NCBI GenBank assembly: GCA_051294375.1 | Contig: CM119271.1 | Span: forward strand, 5,755,991-5,819,990 | DNA length: 64,000 nucleotides | Reading direction: 5' to 3' | DNA from: Paraspadella gotoi | Lineage: Eukaryota; Animalia; Chaetognatha | In this document: piece by piece, positions 1 through 12,014 of the stretch | Layout: every line of letters starts with the position of its first letter | How positions within the stretch are numbered: the stretch's first letter is position 1 | Position numbers and translations under genes: made by a program | Notes under the pieces: model-generated | Told to the model about the DNA's origin: nothing | The model's database searches: none | The model's input: only the letters and a program-made list of their open reading frames with translations

Positions 1-306
1 ATATTAATTAAATATAACCCGACAATTTGGAATCTTTGGGAAAGTCTACCGCCACAAAAAACCCGCACTCGAATGGGCATTCAATATCCACATCGTCAGA
101 TCGCCTCTTTGAGAAGTTTCAAAGTAGGTGGCGCCGATCCTCATCAACAAATGACAAACGTCAATTTGATTCTAGAAGAAAGAAGATTTTATAAGAATAA
201 ATCGGGACTTCGAAAAATTTCATTAGCCATTTCAGGTTTCAATAAAAAAAAGAATTCAATTTTATGCAAATAGCTAGCATAAATCTGTAGGTATTCTAAC
301 AAAGAG

Positions 307-339
<33 letters not shown>

Positions 340-364
340 NNNNNNNNNNNNNNNNNNNNNNNNN
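340..364. other. Assembly gap (25 N)
   Basis: N run inside (AG)n. Confidence 0.99.
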
Positions 365-401
<37 letters not shown>

Positions 402-2703
402 AAAATGCGTGGGAACTTGAAACCTTTTGTGGTTTTAGAAGGGATACTTTTAAGAGCATGTATCCCTGTGTGCGTTTGTTTGTAGGGTCAAAGTTCAAAA
501 TAACCCCCGCTAAGCCCCCCCCCTTGTTAAGCCCTTCCCGCACATAACACTTTGATAACCTTTATTTAAACCTTTTATTTTCGCTAAAATCTGATCTTCG
601 GCGTTTGCTGGGACGACGGATCACGTTTGTATGGGGCATTATTTTCCAAGGGTGCCCCATTTAGATTTCTAATCTTCCATTCTTCTGCTCTTCTCCTGCC
701 CCTCCTCTTCATTCTCCATCCTTCCAATGCTAAACTCGTAACGCCCAACAATCAAATTCAATTCACACAGACTCGACTCGGGGCTTCCGAGTCGATCGCT
801 TTCTTTCTTTCTCTCTCTCTCTCACGCTCAAGTTACAAGGTAGCTTTGCTGTTCATACTGATCGGCAGAGATGTTCTGCCGTTTGATATAAAGATTTAAA
901 CACTTGAATGAAACATCTTAAGAAAGGGAAGCCGTCAGGCCTCAGTGTCAGAAGCACTTCTCTGCAGTTCAACGTCCAATCACTGAAAAATATCTAGCTA
1001 AAAAAACACCCATCCCTCGAAGAATCCCTATTCGCCCATCACAAATGTATACCAACATAAGGTAGCCCTCCGATCCCGATTCCCACCACACGCAAATCGC
1101 AGCCACCTCGCAGCCCACTCGTTAAAATCGAGGTAGCGTCCCGTAAAATCGAGATTCTCCTAAACAAGACTGCGTACTTCCCACACTTAGATTTCCCCCA
1201 CCAATCTCCGAGGCTTGAGAACGAAGCAACTTTCTCTCCGCCCCCGCTTTACCCCCGAGCTCCCTCCTCACTCCCACCACTTCGAAAATCTCAGAAGCCC
1301 GCCGCCTTTCATTCCTCAAAAATAAACAAAAAATGTGAATTTTGTGGCGGCCGAATCGGCCGGGACGATTCACACCGCAGACAAACTGACGTCGGTCGCA
1401 GCCAAATTCGAGATCTCTCTCTCTCTCTCTCATCACTCTTTCTTTCTCCTCTTTTATTATTCACTCTGAATTTAGTTAGAGAAGCGTTTCATAGATTTCC
1501 ACAACACGAAGAGAGAATCCGCTGATAATTTTTTTTTAAATTAAAATATTTTAGTTTTATTTTTTTAAATCTAACTATTATTACTATATATTATCTTTTC
1601 TTTTTTTTCCTTTTTTTTTTTTCCTTTCGTCCCCCTCACACATTTTGGTCCCTTTTTTTCCTATATTTTTTTTATTTCTTTTTCCTTTTTGGTGTTTCAC
1701 TTGCTTCTCTGCGCTTTCTTTCTCTCACCACATTGACTCTCACCAATCATAGCTCCTATATTTTATTCATTTTTCTTTTCTTCCTATATTTCTTTTATCG
1801 CACTCTGTCTCTCTCTCCCTCCTCTCTACGCTTTCTCTCCACTTCTTCGACGATTCCCCGCCTCCCGATCGACTCCTCTCTTCGTCCTCCTTCCTCCTCC
1901 TCTTCCTCCTCCTTTCTCTTCCCCCTTTTCTTCCCTCTCGTCCTTTTACATTCCACTTTTTTCATTTTTTACTTTTTTCTCTCTCTCTCTCACATCACCT
2001 TCACTTCCTCTTACAAACCCACTTTTCTCACCCTCGTTCAACCGGATTTCTTCCCTCCCTCTCATCTCAGAAATGTACCTATTCCCTCACCGACCCAGTC
2101 CTACCGATCTCTTCCCCTTCTTTTCTTCCTCTCCTCCTCCTCTTTCCTCCTCCATTGTTTCCCCAGACGCCGTTCGCGTCGACCAGTTTTCCTTTTGAAG
2201 TCCCGATGATGTCACAAAAATGAAATCGAAAAAAAGAAGTGGGTTTAAGAAGCAGAAAAGGTGGGCAGAAATGAAGAGGCGGGCAAAAAGGAGGGAGGAG
2301 GAAAAGAGTGGAGAAAAAGAGAAGGCGGATCGGATCCTTAATTTTCTTTTCTTTTTTTTTTAAATTCTGTGATACTTCACAGTTCACACGAGCCGCTCCT
2401 GATTTTAAAGTCTGTTAAAATTTGTAATCGGGGTGATTTTTTGTAGAATTTAATCCAAAGTTCTATTAAATATTTAATTGAGCGATTTTACCGTAAATAT
2501 TTTATTCAAAATGTAATATGTAAATGTAATTATAATAAGGAATAAGGATGCTAGATCAAGGAGAAACAGAGTTGTAAGTGAGGCCGAACAAAAAGAAAGG
2601 TCGAGGTATAATAGGTAGGAATCTGAGTTTATCCCCCATGCACAAAAAAGGCGAAGATAAAAATTTAAATTTCTATGGCGAAGGAAACGAAAAAAATTAT
2701 GTG

Positions 2704-2743
<40 letters not shown>

Positions 2744-2784
2744 AGAAAGATAGAACACAGAGTAATAAAGTAGAGAAGAGAGAG

Positions 2785-2823
<39 letters not shown>

Positions 2824-3977
2824 TAAGAAAGGACACCCGCAGATTCCATGATATTTGTGGACGTCATAAGCCGATTCTGTTTTTGTCGACCCAGGAGATC
2901 GTCGACTGGCAGTAGAGCATGTCACCAAAGTGGCAGACTGAAACTGACAGGTAAACGTGGCAGATAATCGAGAGCATGCAAGCAGGCAATAAGGCGGGAG
3001 ACGGATGGAGACTTTTATCATAGGTTTATCAGAAGATAACATTATTACAGAACTAACGACGGTTTTTAGTGTGATAAGTGACAAGAATAAAACGGCAAAC
3101 AAATCGGAGATATTCCCCCTCTATCTCTCTCTTCAGCTCAAGGCTTGTAAGATATTCCCTCTGCCTTTTTCTTTCTCTCTCTCTTTCTCTCTCCTCTCTC
3201 TCTTTCCTCACTCCACACCTCCCGTCACAAGGCTTGACCATCCAGAGTGACGAATAGTCCCGGTTCGGTGGGAATCCGGTAATTAAGTTCCGAGCCGATT
3301 ACTGAGGAGACCGGGAGAACCCGGTCAAAGAGAATCGAATAGCATCAATCATTCTCGTTTATGCCGCTCTGGTTGGTACGCGGCATTGAGAGTAAACATT
3401 AACAAAAATAATGGTTTTCTATTGTATGTTGCGTAAAGTATTTTAGCGCTCAGAGTTTTGAAACTTTAAACTGCAACGTAAAAGAATAAACTTTCGATAA
3501 CGTTTAACTCTCTGCTTTACCGCAAGAATGGGAAATTGGTAGCGGGAGTGGTTTTTTTTCTAAATTACCCATCAAAAAGTAGGACATATCCGAACCTCAT
3601 CGTTTTTTGGATCCTGAATAATTATGGTCCTTTGAGGGAAATTTCCAAAAAATTATTTCGGCATTTATTGGAAAGTTTGTTCTTTTTAACGAGTTTTTTA
3701 TGCTCCTCCAAGGAGAAAAAAAAAATTATGAAAGGTTTTATTTTTTGTTTGTTTATTTTTTTTTGTTTGTATGTTCATACGGTGGGCTGCTTGTAGCCAG
3801 AACTTCCTCTTGTCTTTTCGAAAAGTTCGGATTTTTCTCTAAAAAAAAAATTTTTTTTTTTTTTTTTTTACTCAACGCGACTTTTTTTGCGGCCATTTTT
3901 TTTCCCAGACGCCGAATTTTTTATCTTAAATTTAAATTAAGTTATTTTTTAATTCATCAAATTGTATATAAAGTCAG

Positions 3978-4123
3978 TGTTAAGGATTACTTAGTGATTA
4001 AGGTTAGGGCTTGGTTTAAGTTAAGGAATTACGGTTAGGGACTAATATTCAGGTTATGTATTAAGGATAAGCATTTAAGGTTAGGGTTTTAAAATTAGGT
4101 AAAGGTTCGGGATTACGGTTAGC
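3978..4123 (+). repeat. Degenerate TTAGGG/TTAAGG-like hexamer array (interstitial)
   Basis: gttaagg, ggttaggg, gttaagg, ggttaggg, ttaaggttagggtt, attaggtaaaggtt. Also at 13169-13314 and about 22455-22600. Confidence 0.6.
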
Positions 4124-4495
4124 TATCAAAGTCTAATCAGTTTAAAAATATATTTAGGTTATATAAAGTTAGAATAAAATTCTGGGAAAAAAACGAACAA
4201 AAAGGGGCAGAGGGAAAAGAGGAGCCTTTTCTTCTTTGTCCTTTTTTTCGTCTTTTTTCACCAGTGATTTTTTTTTGCCCAGAATCGCTTTCTTCCCTGC
4301 GAAAAACGGAAGCGGAAAGAATCGTTGTGTTGTTTGTATTTCGGGAATGTTGTTGTTGTTGATGTTTTTGTTGATGTTGATGTTGCCGTGAATTTAACTT
4401 TTTTTTAACAAATTTTCCCTTTTCTTGAATCCCAAAATCCAATGTAACGTAATTTTTTATGTAACAAAACTGTTATCGAAACTTTTTGTATCTAG

Positions 4496-4741
4496 AGACA
4501 AAGCGCACCGAGTCGAAGCCTCGAACCCATAACCGCAGCCAACGGAAAAGACCCTACGACAGCGACCAAAATAAGAAAAAAGGCGGACTGAGCATCTTTC
4601 GCTTCGACCAATCCGGATGAGATGTACCAAACTTTGCGGGGAAAAAAAGGTAAGAAAATTTCTCAGGTTCTTCTATTTTTCCCTATGTACCAGAAAACCA
4701 GATTGAGCGAACCCAATGGGATCTGCTACGATAATTAAGCG
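4496..4741 (+). CDS. Two putative exons (4496-4649, 4694-4741) of an unidentified plus-strand gene in the triplicated block
   Basis: Boundaries tttttgtatctag|..AAG|GTAAGA and tatgtaccag|..GCG|GTAAGC, with higher GC than the flanks. Reads EPITAANGKDPTTATKIRKKAD..DEMYQTLRGKK with indels. Repeated at 13687-13932 and about 22985-23233. Other exon-like islands occur between 2843 and 6040. Confidence 0.35.
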
Positions 4742-5355
4742 GTAAGCATCTAATCGGATGATAATTTATGATAATTACACAATCTTTTTTATCTGATACA
4801 ATATGCCATTAATTTTTATAAATAATAGTTTTTTTAAACTTAATTTCCTCCCATCCCAAAGAAAAAAACGAGCAAAATAATTAATAGGAATGACGCTGAT
4901 TTTTTTTAAAATCATTTCCACTTGGACGGATTACTATCGAAAATTCTTTACTTACATATTCATACATTTGTTTCAAAGTCAATTCGCCTATTTAAGCTAA
5001 TAGGGTGACTGACAATACGACTGTCAGACTACAGACAATACAGACAGACTGATAGGACAAGACATTTTATTTTTTTCTGCATAAGTATCATAATTCGATA
5101 ATCTGACATGATCTAAATTATTTCCGAACAAGATTTTTTGGGTGGGACCGACGGACCGACAAAGTGGAATTATAGAGCCGGAATCTGCCCTGTAAACAGA
5201 ACGATAAAATAAAAGTTAATAAACAAAATAGGTAACCTTCCTTCAAGACAAATCTGGTCAAAAAATTTAAAATCTAGAGAGAATAAAGAGTTGAAAATCG
5301 TAATGGGGATTCCTCGGAAGTATATTGAAGAATATTAGTAATAGTAAAAAAATAA

Positions 5356-5538
5356 TAATTAGGAGAGAAAACAATTTTGATCTGTTTTGGCAACGAATAG
5401 TATTAGTAGTTTTCAGCAAAGACATTTTCGACTCTGCAGTTTTAGAGTCCTTCATCAGAGTCGAAACATGTCTGCTGTAAACTACTAATACCAATTCCGT
5501 TTGCCAAGACCAAATTACATTGTTTTTCTCGCTAATTA
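5356..5538. mobile_element. ~180 bp palindromic element centred on a hammerhead core (probable Penelope pLTR remnant), copy 1
   Basis: ~80-bp inverted arms (taattaggag..ttcgactctg / cagagtcgaa..ctaatta). Hammerhead core on the minus strand at 5421-5458, with small indels relative to copy 3. Confidence 0.65.
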
Positions 5539-6745
5539 CTTAAAAAACAACAAAATCGAAATGTCTTTACACAAAGAATAATAATATAATGAATATTATA
5601 AATTTATTAGGCCTTGCGACGAAGAGCCCCGATAGGGTAATTTGAAGACAAAACTTTCCCACAAACATAAACAAACGAAGCTACAAAAGTTGTCCATCCA
5701 TGACGAAAAGGAACGAGATGATGCCAGGGTCATCCTGTCACCCGTCTTCACCTTAGCTTAATCTGAGCTCAACCGGGGTTTAATTCCTATTCCGCCTAAA
5801 AAATCGACATTGGCCGCGCCCCTTCCGTCAAATGACACTCCGCATCGGAGGCCGTGTAGGGTAACGAGACGACGACCAACAACGACAACGACGACGACCA
5901 AGACAACGGCGGTGAATTCGCGTTTTTTGCGGTTTTTTGAGAGTCACTCTATTTTGATCGAACACAAAAAGGCGCCGATGACAAGACGTATCACTCGAAA
6001 AATCGTAAAGGCGATGAGAGAAATAAAAAAGGCTTAAAGGTAAATTATTATAAAACAAAAGAATGGTTAAAAAAGAAAATATGGAAAATAAACAAGAGTT
6101 AAACTGACAAAAGAAAGAAAATATAAAAGGGGGAAAAAAAGAAACAAAAAAACATAAGCGGGGATAAAGAGGAAAAAGAGATACAGAAGCCAGAAAAAGA
6201 TCGAGAAAGGGAGCGGCGACGGCCTGCAGTGGTTTTCCACCTTTGCAGAATTGAAAAATTGAAAACTTGTGTTTTCCAGCCATAGCATCTTGCGCCGAGC
6301 GAAAAGCAAGCGAAAGGGAGTGGAAAAATATTTATATATATTATATAACGAAGCAAACTGAGAAATAAACTATAATAATTGCACGATACAAATAACCAAC
6401 CTCTTAAACTTTTTAGCAGAATGAAGCCTTTAATTCTAAATGGGGTTATGGCCTTGCGAAAATTAAAAAGTTTATCTTCTAAACGTTGAGTTAAAGTAAA
6501 ACGAATTTTTTTTTTTCTTTTGAGGATATCCGATTTGCGCCTAAAAAACATGCAATGGTTGGGGCGTTATAAGTTATATAACAGGTTTGATATGTCTTAG
6601 TTAACTTTTCTTTCATGCTAATTATGTCCTCTGACAAACATAACAGACAGGAATATAACAGCTGCAATTATGACTGGGCAAGTGGACATGAGCAATCTAT
6701 GGGAAAGAATTTCCTAATTAATTAAATAATTTAGAATCATTAAAT

Positions 6746-7139
6746 TAGTTCCGTTTTTAGTTCGTTGAAATTTGCCGTTTAGAAATATATTATTTTCGAA
6801 ATAGTGAAAAAAATTGTTTAATTAAGCCGTTAAGACAAAATGATTAGATTTTCGTTCCTTTGCGTTCGTTAATTAATTGGTTAATTATTAAAAATTAAAT
6901 GATTAAATATTAAAAACAAACCAATTAATAAATAATAAATATTAAATGAATAAAAAAATCAAGAAACGGGTACGTGCTTGAAATTAATGACTGGGCAATA
7001 GAGCAACTAAGGCAAAAGCATTTTAAATAGATGTTCGATTAATTAATTAATCAATAAGAAGCCAAGGAACGGATACAGCGTCAATCACTTTTCAAGTAAC
7101 TATGTTTACGCGAAAATTTCAACGAACTAAAAAGACTAA
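6746..7139. mobile_element. Possible MITE/foldback remnant
   Basis: Perfect 20-bp inverted repeat tttttagttcgttgaaattt (6754-6773) / aaatttcaacgaactaaaaa (7114-7133), with a weaker inner inverted pair (cgttcctt / aaggaacg). No clear target-site duplication. Confidence 0.35.
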
Positions 7140-9053
7140 CAAACCAAAATAAACGGACGAAAGAGACGGGCCACGCAATTCTGTCCGATTTCGTTTTAGC
7201 GAGTTTCAAAAATTAAAAAAAAAAACCTTTTTCGAATTTTAACAAATCAAATTAATATCGTAATAGCGTGATCTCTTGAGTTTTAGTTTATTTTGAGTGG
7301 GATGAGAATGTTGCGATTAATCTCTTCAACTCTAACGTTTTTCTCGCCCACGTATAAAGGCGATTATTCGCATTTAATGTTGACTCATTAATTTACGATA
7401 TTCAAAGAAAATGTACGTAAACCTCAAATATTATCTTTTTTTTTCGTTTTAATTTGAAAAAATTAAAAAAACTAGAGCGTGAGGGAGAATAATTAATAAT
7501 TTAAATTGCTTTGGACTGGATTTAAAACTCAGAGTCTGAAAAATTAAATCAAATCCACCAGCAAAGTCTGACGTTAATCGAAACTTCACTGAATCGGAAA
7601 CATGTCTATCAGAGTTACACGAGGCGATGCCTGAACGTTGTCCTAAAATTGCGTACAACGCTGGCGCGAAGCGCGCGAAGCACACAACGGGGGAATTTTG
7701 ATTCAAAGTTTTGCGAAATACGGAGGTGTTTTACGAAGCAGGTTAATCCGATATTCGAATTTTGAGGTCTCGTTTTAACGAAACTTCTCAGCATTTCCAA
7801 CGTACATGCATTCGTTGGGGGACGGAAAGTTCTTTACGTTTTATTTACAAAATGCGTAAGGGAAATTTTCTAAAATTCATACGTGAATATAAATTCTGAA
7901 CAATTAGAATTCAAAATATATAATTTTTAATGACATCTTTAGGAAAAAATTATCTTTCGTGTCTATGTTTTAATTTTCTACGCAATTTTCACCTACGCTC
8001 TAGTTTACGTTGGAGTCGATTTCAAATTCACCCAGGTCTTGGTCGATCACAGCGTCGGTTTTTATGGATTTCCTCTTTCGGCGACTTTTCGAGAATTTCT
8101 TTTGGGGGGATTTTTTTTCACTTTTTTTGTTTTCTTTATCCTTTTATCTCGATTTTTCGTCGAAAGAATTCAGTGGCGATCTTTTTTTTTTTTTTCCTTT
8201 GAGTTTTCGGGAAAACCTGATCTCTCCTCGTTCGGAAGAGGAAACAGCTGATTTTTGAAGCAAGAGAGATTTTTAAAACGGGGAAAGATTTGGTGTGTGT
8301 GTGGTGTGTGTTGTGTTTAAAACCGAAGAAGACTGCTGTTGCTGTTCATGGTCCGAAGCAGTGACTACAGCCGCGGCCGACCGGGTTTTCGTGAATGGCG
8401 TAACACAGTTTTTCGCCGACGAAGTGAAAAATGTTCGCTCTCTCTCTGTTTAAAATCCGCGTCGATCCTCGTGATCGATCGTAAACAAAAGGGAAAACAA
8501 AAAAGTAAACAAGAGAAGAGACGAATTCCAAAAAAGGGAGAGAGAGAGAGAGTGAAAGAGAGAGATAAAGAAGAGATATGCGAGGAATGTTTAGTTTGAT
8601 GTTTTGCGTTTTTTAGGATTGCAAAGAACCAAATTTGAAAATAGAAATAACGTGGCGTATGAAGGATTTTCTGTGACGTGATTCGTCGGAATGTTTATAC
8701 TTACATATACTGAACAGAGAGAGAGAGAGAGCAGAGAGAGAGAGAGAGAGAGAGAGCTCAAAGATTCTGAAATGGTTAAAATTCATAGGACTGTATACAG
8801 GGTATATCGGCCATACGTCATATACATCCGCTTTGCATTCTCTTGCGTGGACTACATTTGAATACATTTTTTAAACTCTCTAAAAAAAAAAATAATCTTT
8901 TTGTCTCTCAGAGCAAAAGTTTTTTCTATATTTTAATTAGGTGGAACATCGCGGGACTCGTTAAACGAAATGGGCAAAACAACTTTGGATACATTAAGCG
9001 AACGAATGAGAAACCAGTTTGAATAGAAAAAAAAGAGAAAACGTGAAATGCGC

Positions 9054-9116
<63 letters not shown>

Positions 9117-9590
9117 AGAGAGGAGAGAGAGAGGAGGGATGATTAAATATCGAAAAAAAAACGCTACCATTAGCATCTTCATGAGCAAATTACGAGCCAA
9201 ATTAGCCTTCGATTCCTCAGGAGCTCCGAACAACGCCGTCAATGTTTCCCTTTTTGGCAGAGAAAAAATTCCGAAGCGTAGCGTATGTCACATCATAAAG
9301 TTTATCGTACAAAGATCCAGACTTTAGAACTAAATCTCATATTTACATAAAATCGAAAAAAAATGTATTTTAATAATGTAACAAAGAGCAATCTTGCATT
9401 TCCTTCTTGAAATTGCAGGGTTCTGATATGTTATCTTGTAAGTGTTATGGAGGCGCTTAAACATATAGCTTAATATCAATAAATAAATGTATAATCTTTT
9501 ATTGGTGTATATAATTTCATTATAATAACTTTCGGTCTATCGCTCCGGATTCGACTGTTCTAAATTCCATGATCCTCAGATGGAATCTAA

Positions 9591-9631
9591 ATTGATTGAA
9601 TTGAATTGAAAATGAATTGAATTGAATTGAA
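9591..9631 (+). repeat. (TTGAA)n pentanucleotide microsatellite
   Basis: Direct reading. Also at about 18782, 28034 and 53304. Confidence 0.85.
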
Positions 9632-9966
9632 AACTTCTTGGTTTCTACTCTAACTTAAGGACAAATTTATTGTCCGAGTGTAATAACAATTTTTAAAAGG
9701 AGAATTAATTTAAATGAAAGTTTATGCGAGCTTGATTATTAAAATTATTCGTGAATAAAATTTCCCAGTTCCCTGCAGACTCCAAATTTCGAAGCCCCGA
9801 CCCCACTGTCAGCCTCGAGTCCTAACTACTCAGTCCAGTCTCTATTCCTGTTCCAAGTCCAACTCCGGATTACAAGAACAAAGCCCAGGTTCGCGTCCCG
9901 ATCAAACCGAGTCACAATCCCAGGCCATGGTTCCATTCTCTTTTTCTTCCGTGTCCTCAACCTCAG

Positions 9967-9991
9967 NNNNNNNNNNNNNNNNNNNNNNNNN
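9967..9991. other. Assembly gap (25 N)
   Basis: N run between duplicate copies 1 and 2. Confidence 0.99.
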
Positions 9992-11894
9992 CTCTCTCTC
10001 TCTCACGCTCAAGTTACAAGGTAGCTTTGCTGTTCAATACTGATGGCAGAGATGTCTGCCCGTTTGATATAAAGATTTAAACATTGATGAAACATCATTA
10101 GAAAGGGACCGTCAGGCCTCAAGTGTCAGAAGCACTTCTCTGCAGTTCAACGTCAATCACTGAAAGATATCTTAGCTAAAAAACACCCTGCCCTCGAAGA
10201 TCCATTATGATCATCCCTATTCGCCCATCCACAAAATGTATACCAAATAACGTATCCCTCCGATCCCGATTCCCACCACCACGCAAATCGCAAGCCACCT
10301 CGTCCGCCCACTCGTAAAATCGAGGTACGTCCCCGTAAAATCGAGATTCTCCTAAACAAGACTGCGTACTCCCACACTTAGATTTCCCCCACCAATCTCC
10401 GAGGCTTGAGAACGAAGCAACTTTCTCTCCGCCCCCGCTTTACCCCCGAGCTCCCTCCTCACTCCCACCACTTCGAAAATCTCAGAAGCCCGCCGCCTTT
10501 CATTCCTCAAAAATAAACAAAAAATGTGAATTTTGTGGCGGCCGAATCGGCCGGGACGATTCACACCGCAGACAAACTGACGTCGGTCGCAGCCAAATTC
10601 GAGATCTCTCTCTCTCTCTCTCATCACTCTTTCTTTCTCCTCTTTTATTATTCACTCTGAATTTAGTTAGAGAAGCGTTTCATAGATTTCCACAACACGA
10701 AGAGAGAATCCGCTGATAATTTTTTTTTAAATTAAAATATTTTAGTTTTATTTTTTTAAATCTAACTATTATTACTATATATTATCTTTTCTTTTTTTTC
10801 CTTTTTTTTTTTTCCTTTCGTCCCCCTCACACATTTTGGTCCCTTTTTTTCCTATATTTTTTTTATTTCTTTTTCCTTTTTGGTGTTTCACTTGCTTCTC
10901 TGCGCTTTCTTTCTCTCACCACATTGACTCTCACCAATCATAGCTCCTATATTTTATTCATTTTTCTTTTCTTCCTATATTTCTTTTATCGCACTCTGTC
11001 TCTCTCTCCCTCCTCTCTACGCTTTCTCTCCACTTCTTCGACGATTCCCCGCCTCCCGATCGACTCCTCTCTTCGTCCTCCTTCCTCCTCCTCTTCCTCC
11101 TCCTTTCTCTTCCCCCTTTTCTTCCCTCTCGTCCTTTTACATTCCACTTTTTTCATTTTTTACTTTTTTCTCTCTCTCTCTCACATCACCTTCACTTCCT
11201 CTTACAAACCCACTTTTCTCACCCTCGTTCAACCGGATTTCTTCCCTCCCTCTCATCTCAGAAATGTACCTATTCCCTCACCGACCCAGTCCTACCGATC
11301 TCTTCCCCTTCTTTTCTTCCTCTCCTCCTCCTCTTTCCTCCTCCATTGTTTCCCCAGACGCCGTTCGCGTCGACCAGTTTTCCTTTTGAAGTCCCGATGA
11401 TGTCACAAAAATGAAATCGAAAAAAAGAAGTGGGTTTAAGAAGCAGAAAAGGTGGGCAGAAATGAAGAGGCGGGCAAAAAGGAGGGAGGAGGAAAAGAGT
11501 GGAGAAAAAGAGAAGGCGGATCGGATCCTTAATTTTCTTTTCTTTTTTTTTTAAATTCTGTGATACTTCACAGTTCACACGAGCCGCTCCTGATTTTAAA
11601 GTCTGTTAAAATTTGTAATCGGGGTGATTTTTTGTAGAATTTAATCCAAAGTTCTATTAAATATTTAATTGAGCGATTTTACCGTAAATATTTTATTCAA
11701 AATGTAATATGTAAATGTAATTATAATAAGGAATAAGGATGCTAGATCAAGGAGAAACAGAGTTGTAAGTGAGGCCGAACAAAAAGAAAGGTCGAGGTAT
11801 AATAGGTAGGAATCTGAGTTTATCCCCCATGCACAAAAAAGGCGAAGATAAAAATTTAAATTTCTATGGCGAAGGAAACGAAAAAAATTATGTG

Positions 11895-11934
<40 letters not shown>

Positions 11935-11975
11935 AGAAAGATAGAACACAGAGTAATAAAGTAGAGAAGAGAGAG

Positions 11976-12014
<39 letters not shown>

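Larger units (their letters stand above)
810..9966 (+). repeat. 9.2-kb block, copy 1
   Basis: The ORF track repeats at a constant offset of 9191 (e.g. 1733 vs 10924, 9019 vs 18210). Ends at cctcaacctcag against a 25-N gap. Confidence 0.97.

Noticed and set aside
900-1320. Exon-like minus-strand island near the start of copies 1 and 2
   Set aside because: The two versions disagree by many indels and no frame gave a recognisable protein, so it is too uncertain to call.
1733-2209. 158-aa hydrophobic Phe/Leu/Ser ORF and its copies
   Set aside because: It is a polypyrimidine low-complexity tract that is stop-poor by composition, and the frame is not kept in copy 3.
2474-2836. RE-repeat and SL-repeat ORFs (also 9019-9327, 32778-33447, 36242-36775, 54751-55011 and others)
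   Set aside because: They are translations of (AG)n/(CT)n microsatellites, which contain no stop codons.
5618-5645. Hammerhead-like cgaagag-cccc-gata-ggg
   Set aside because: It lacks both CUGA and GAAA. It is equally well explained as a mini-exon (ttattag|..AGG|GTAATT).
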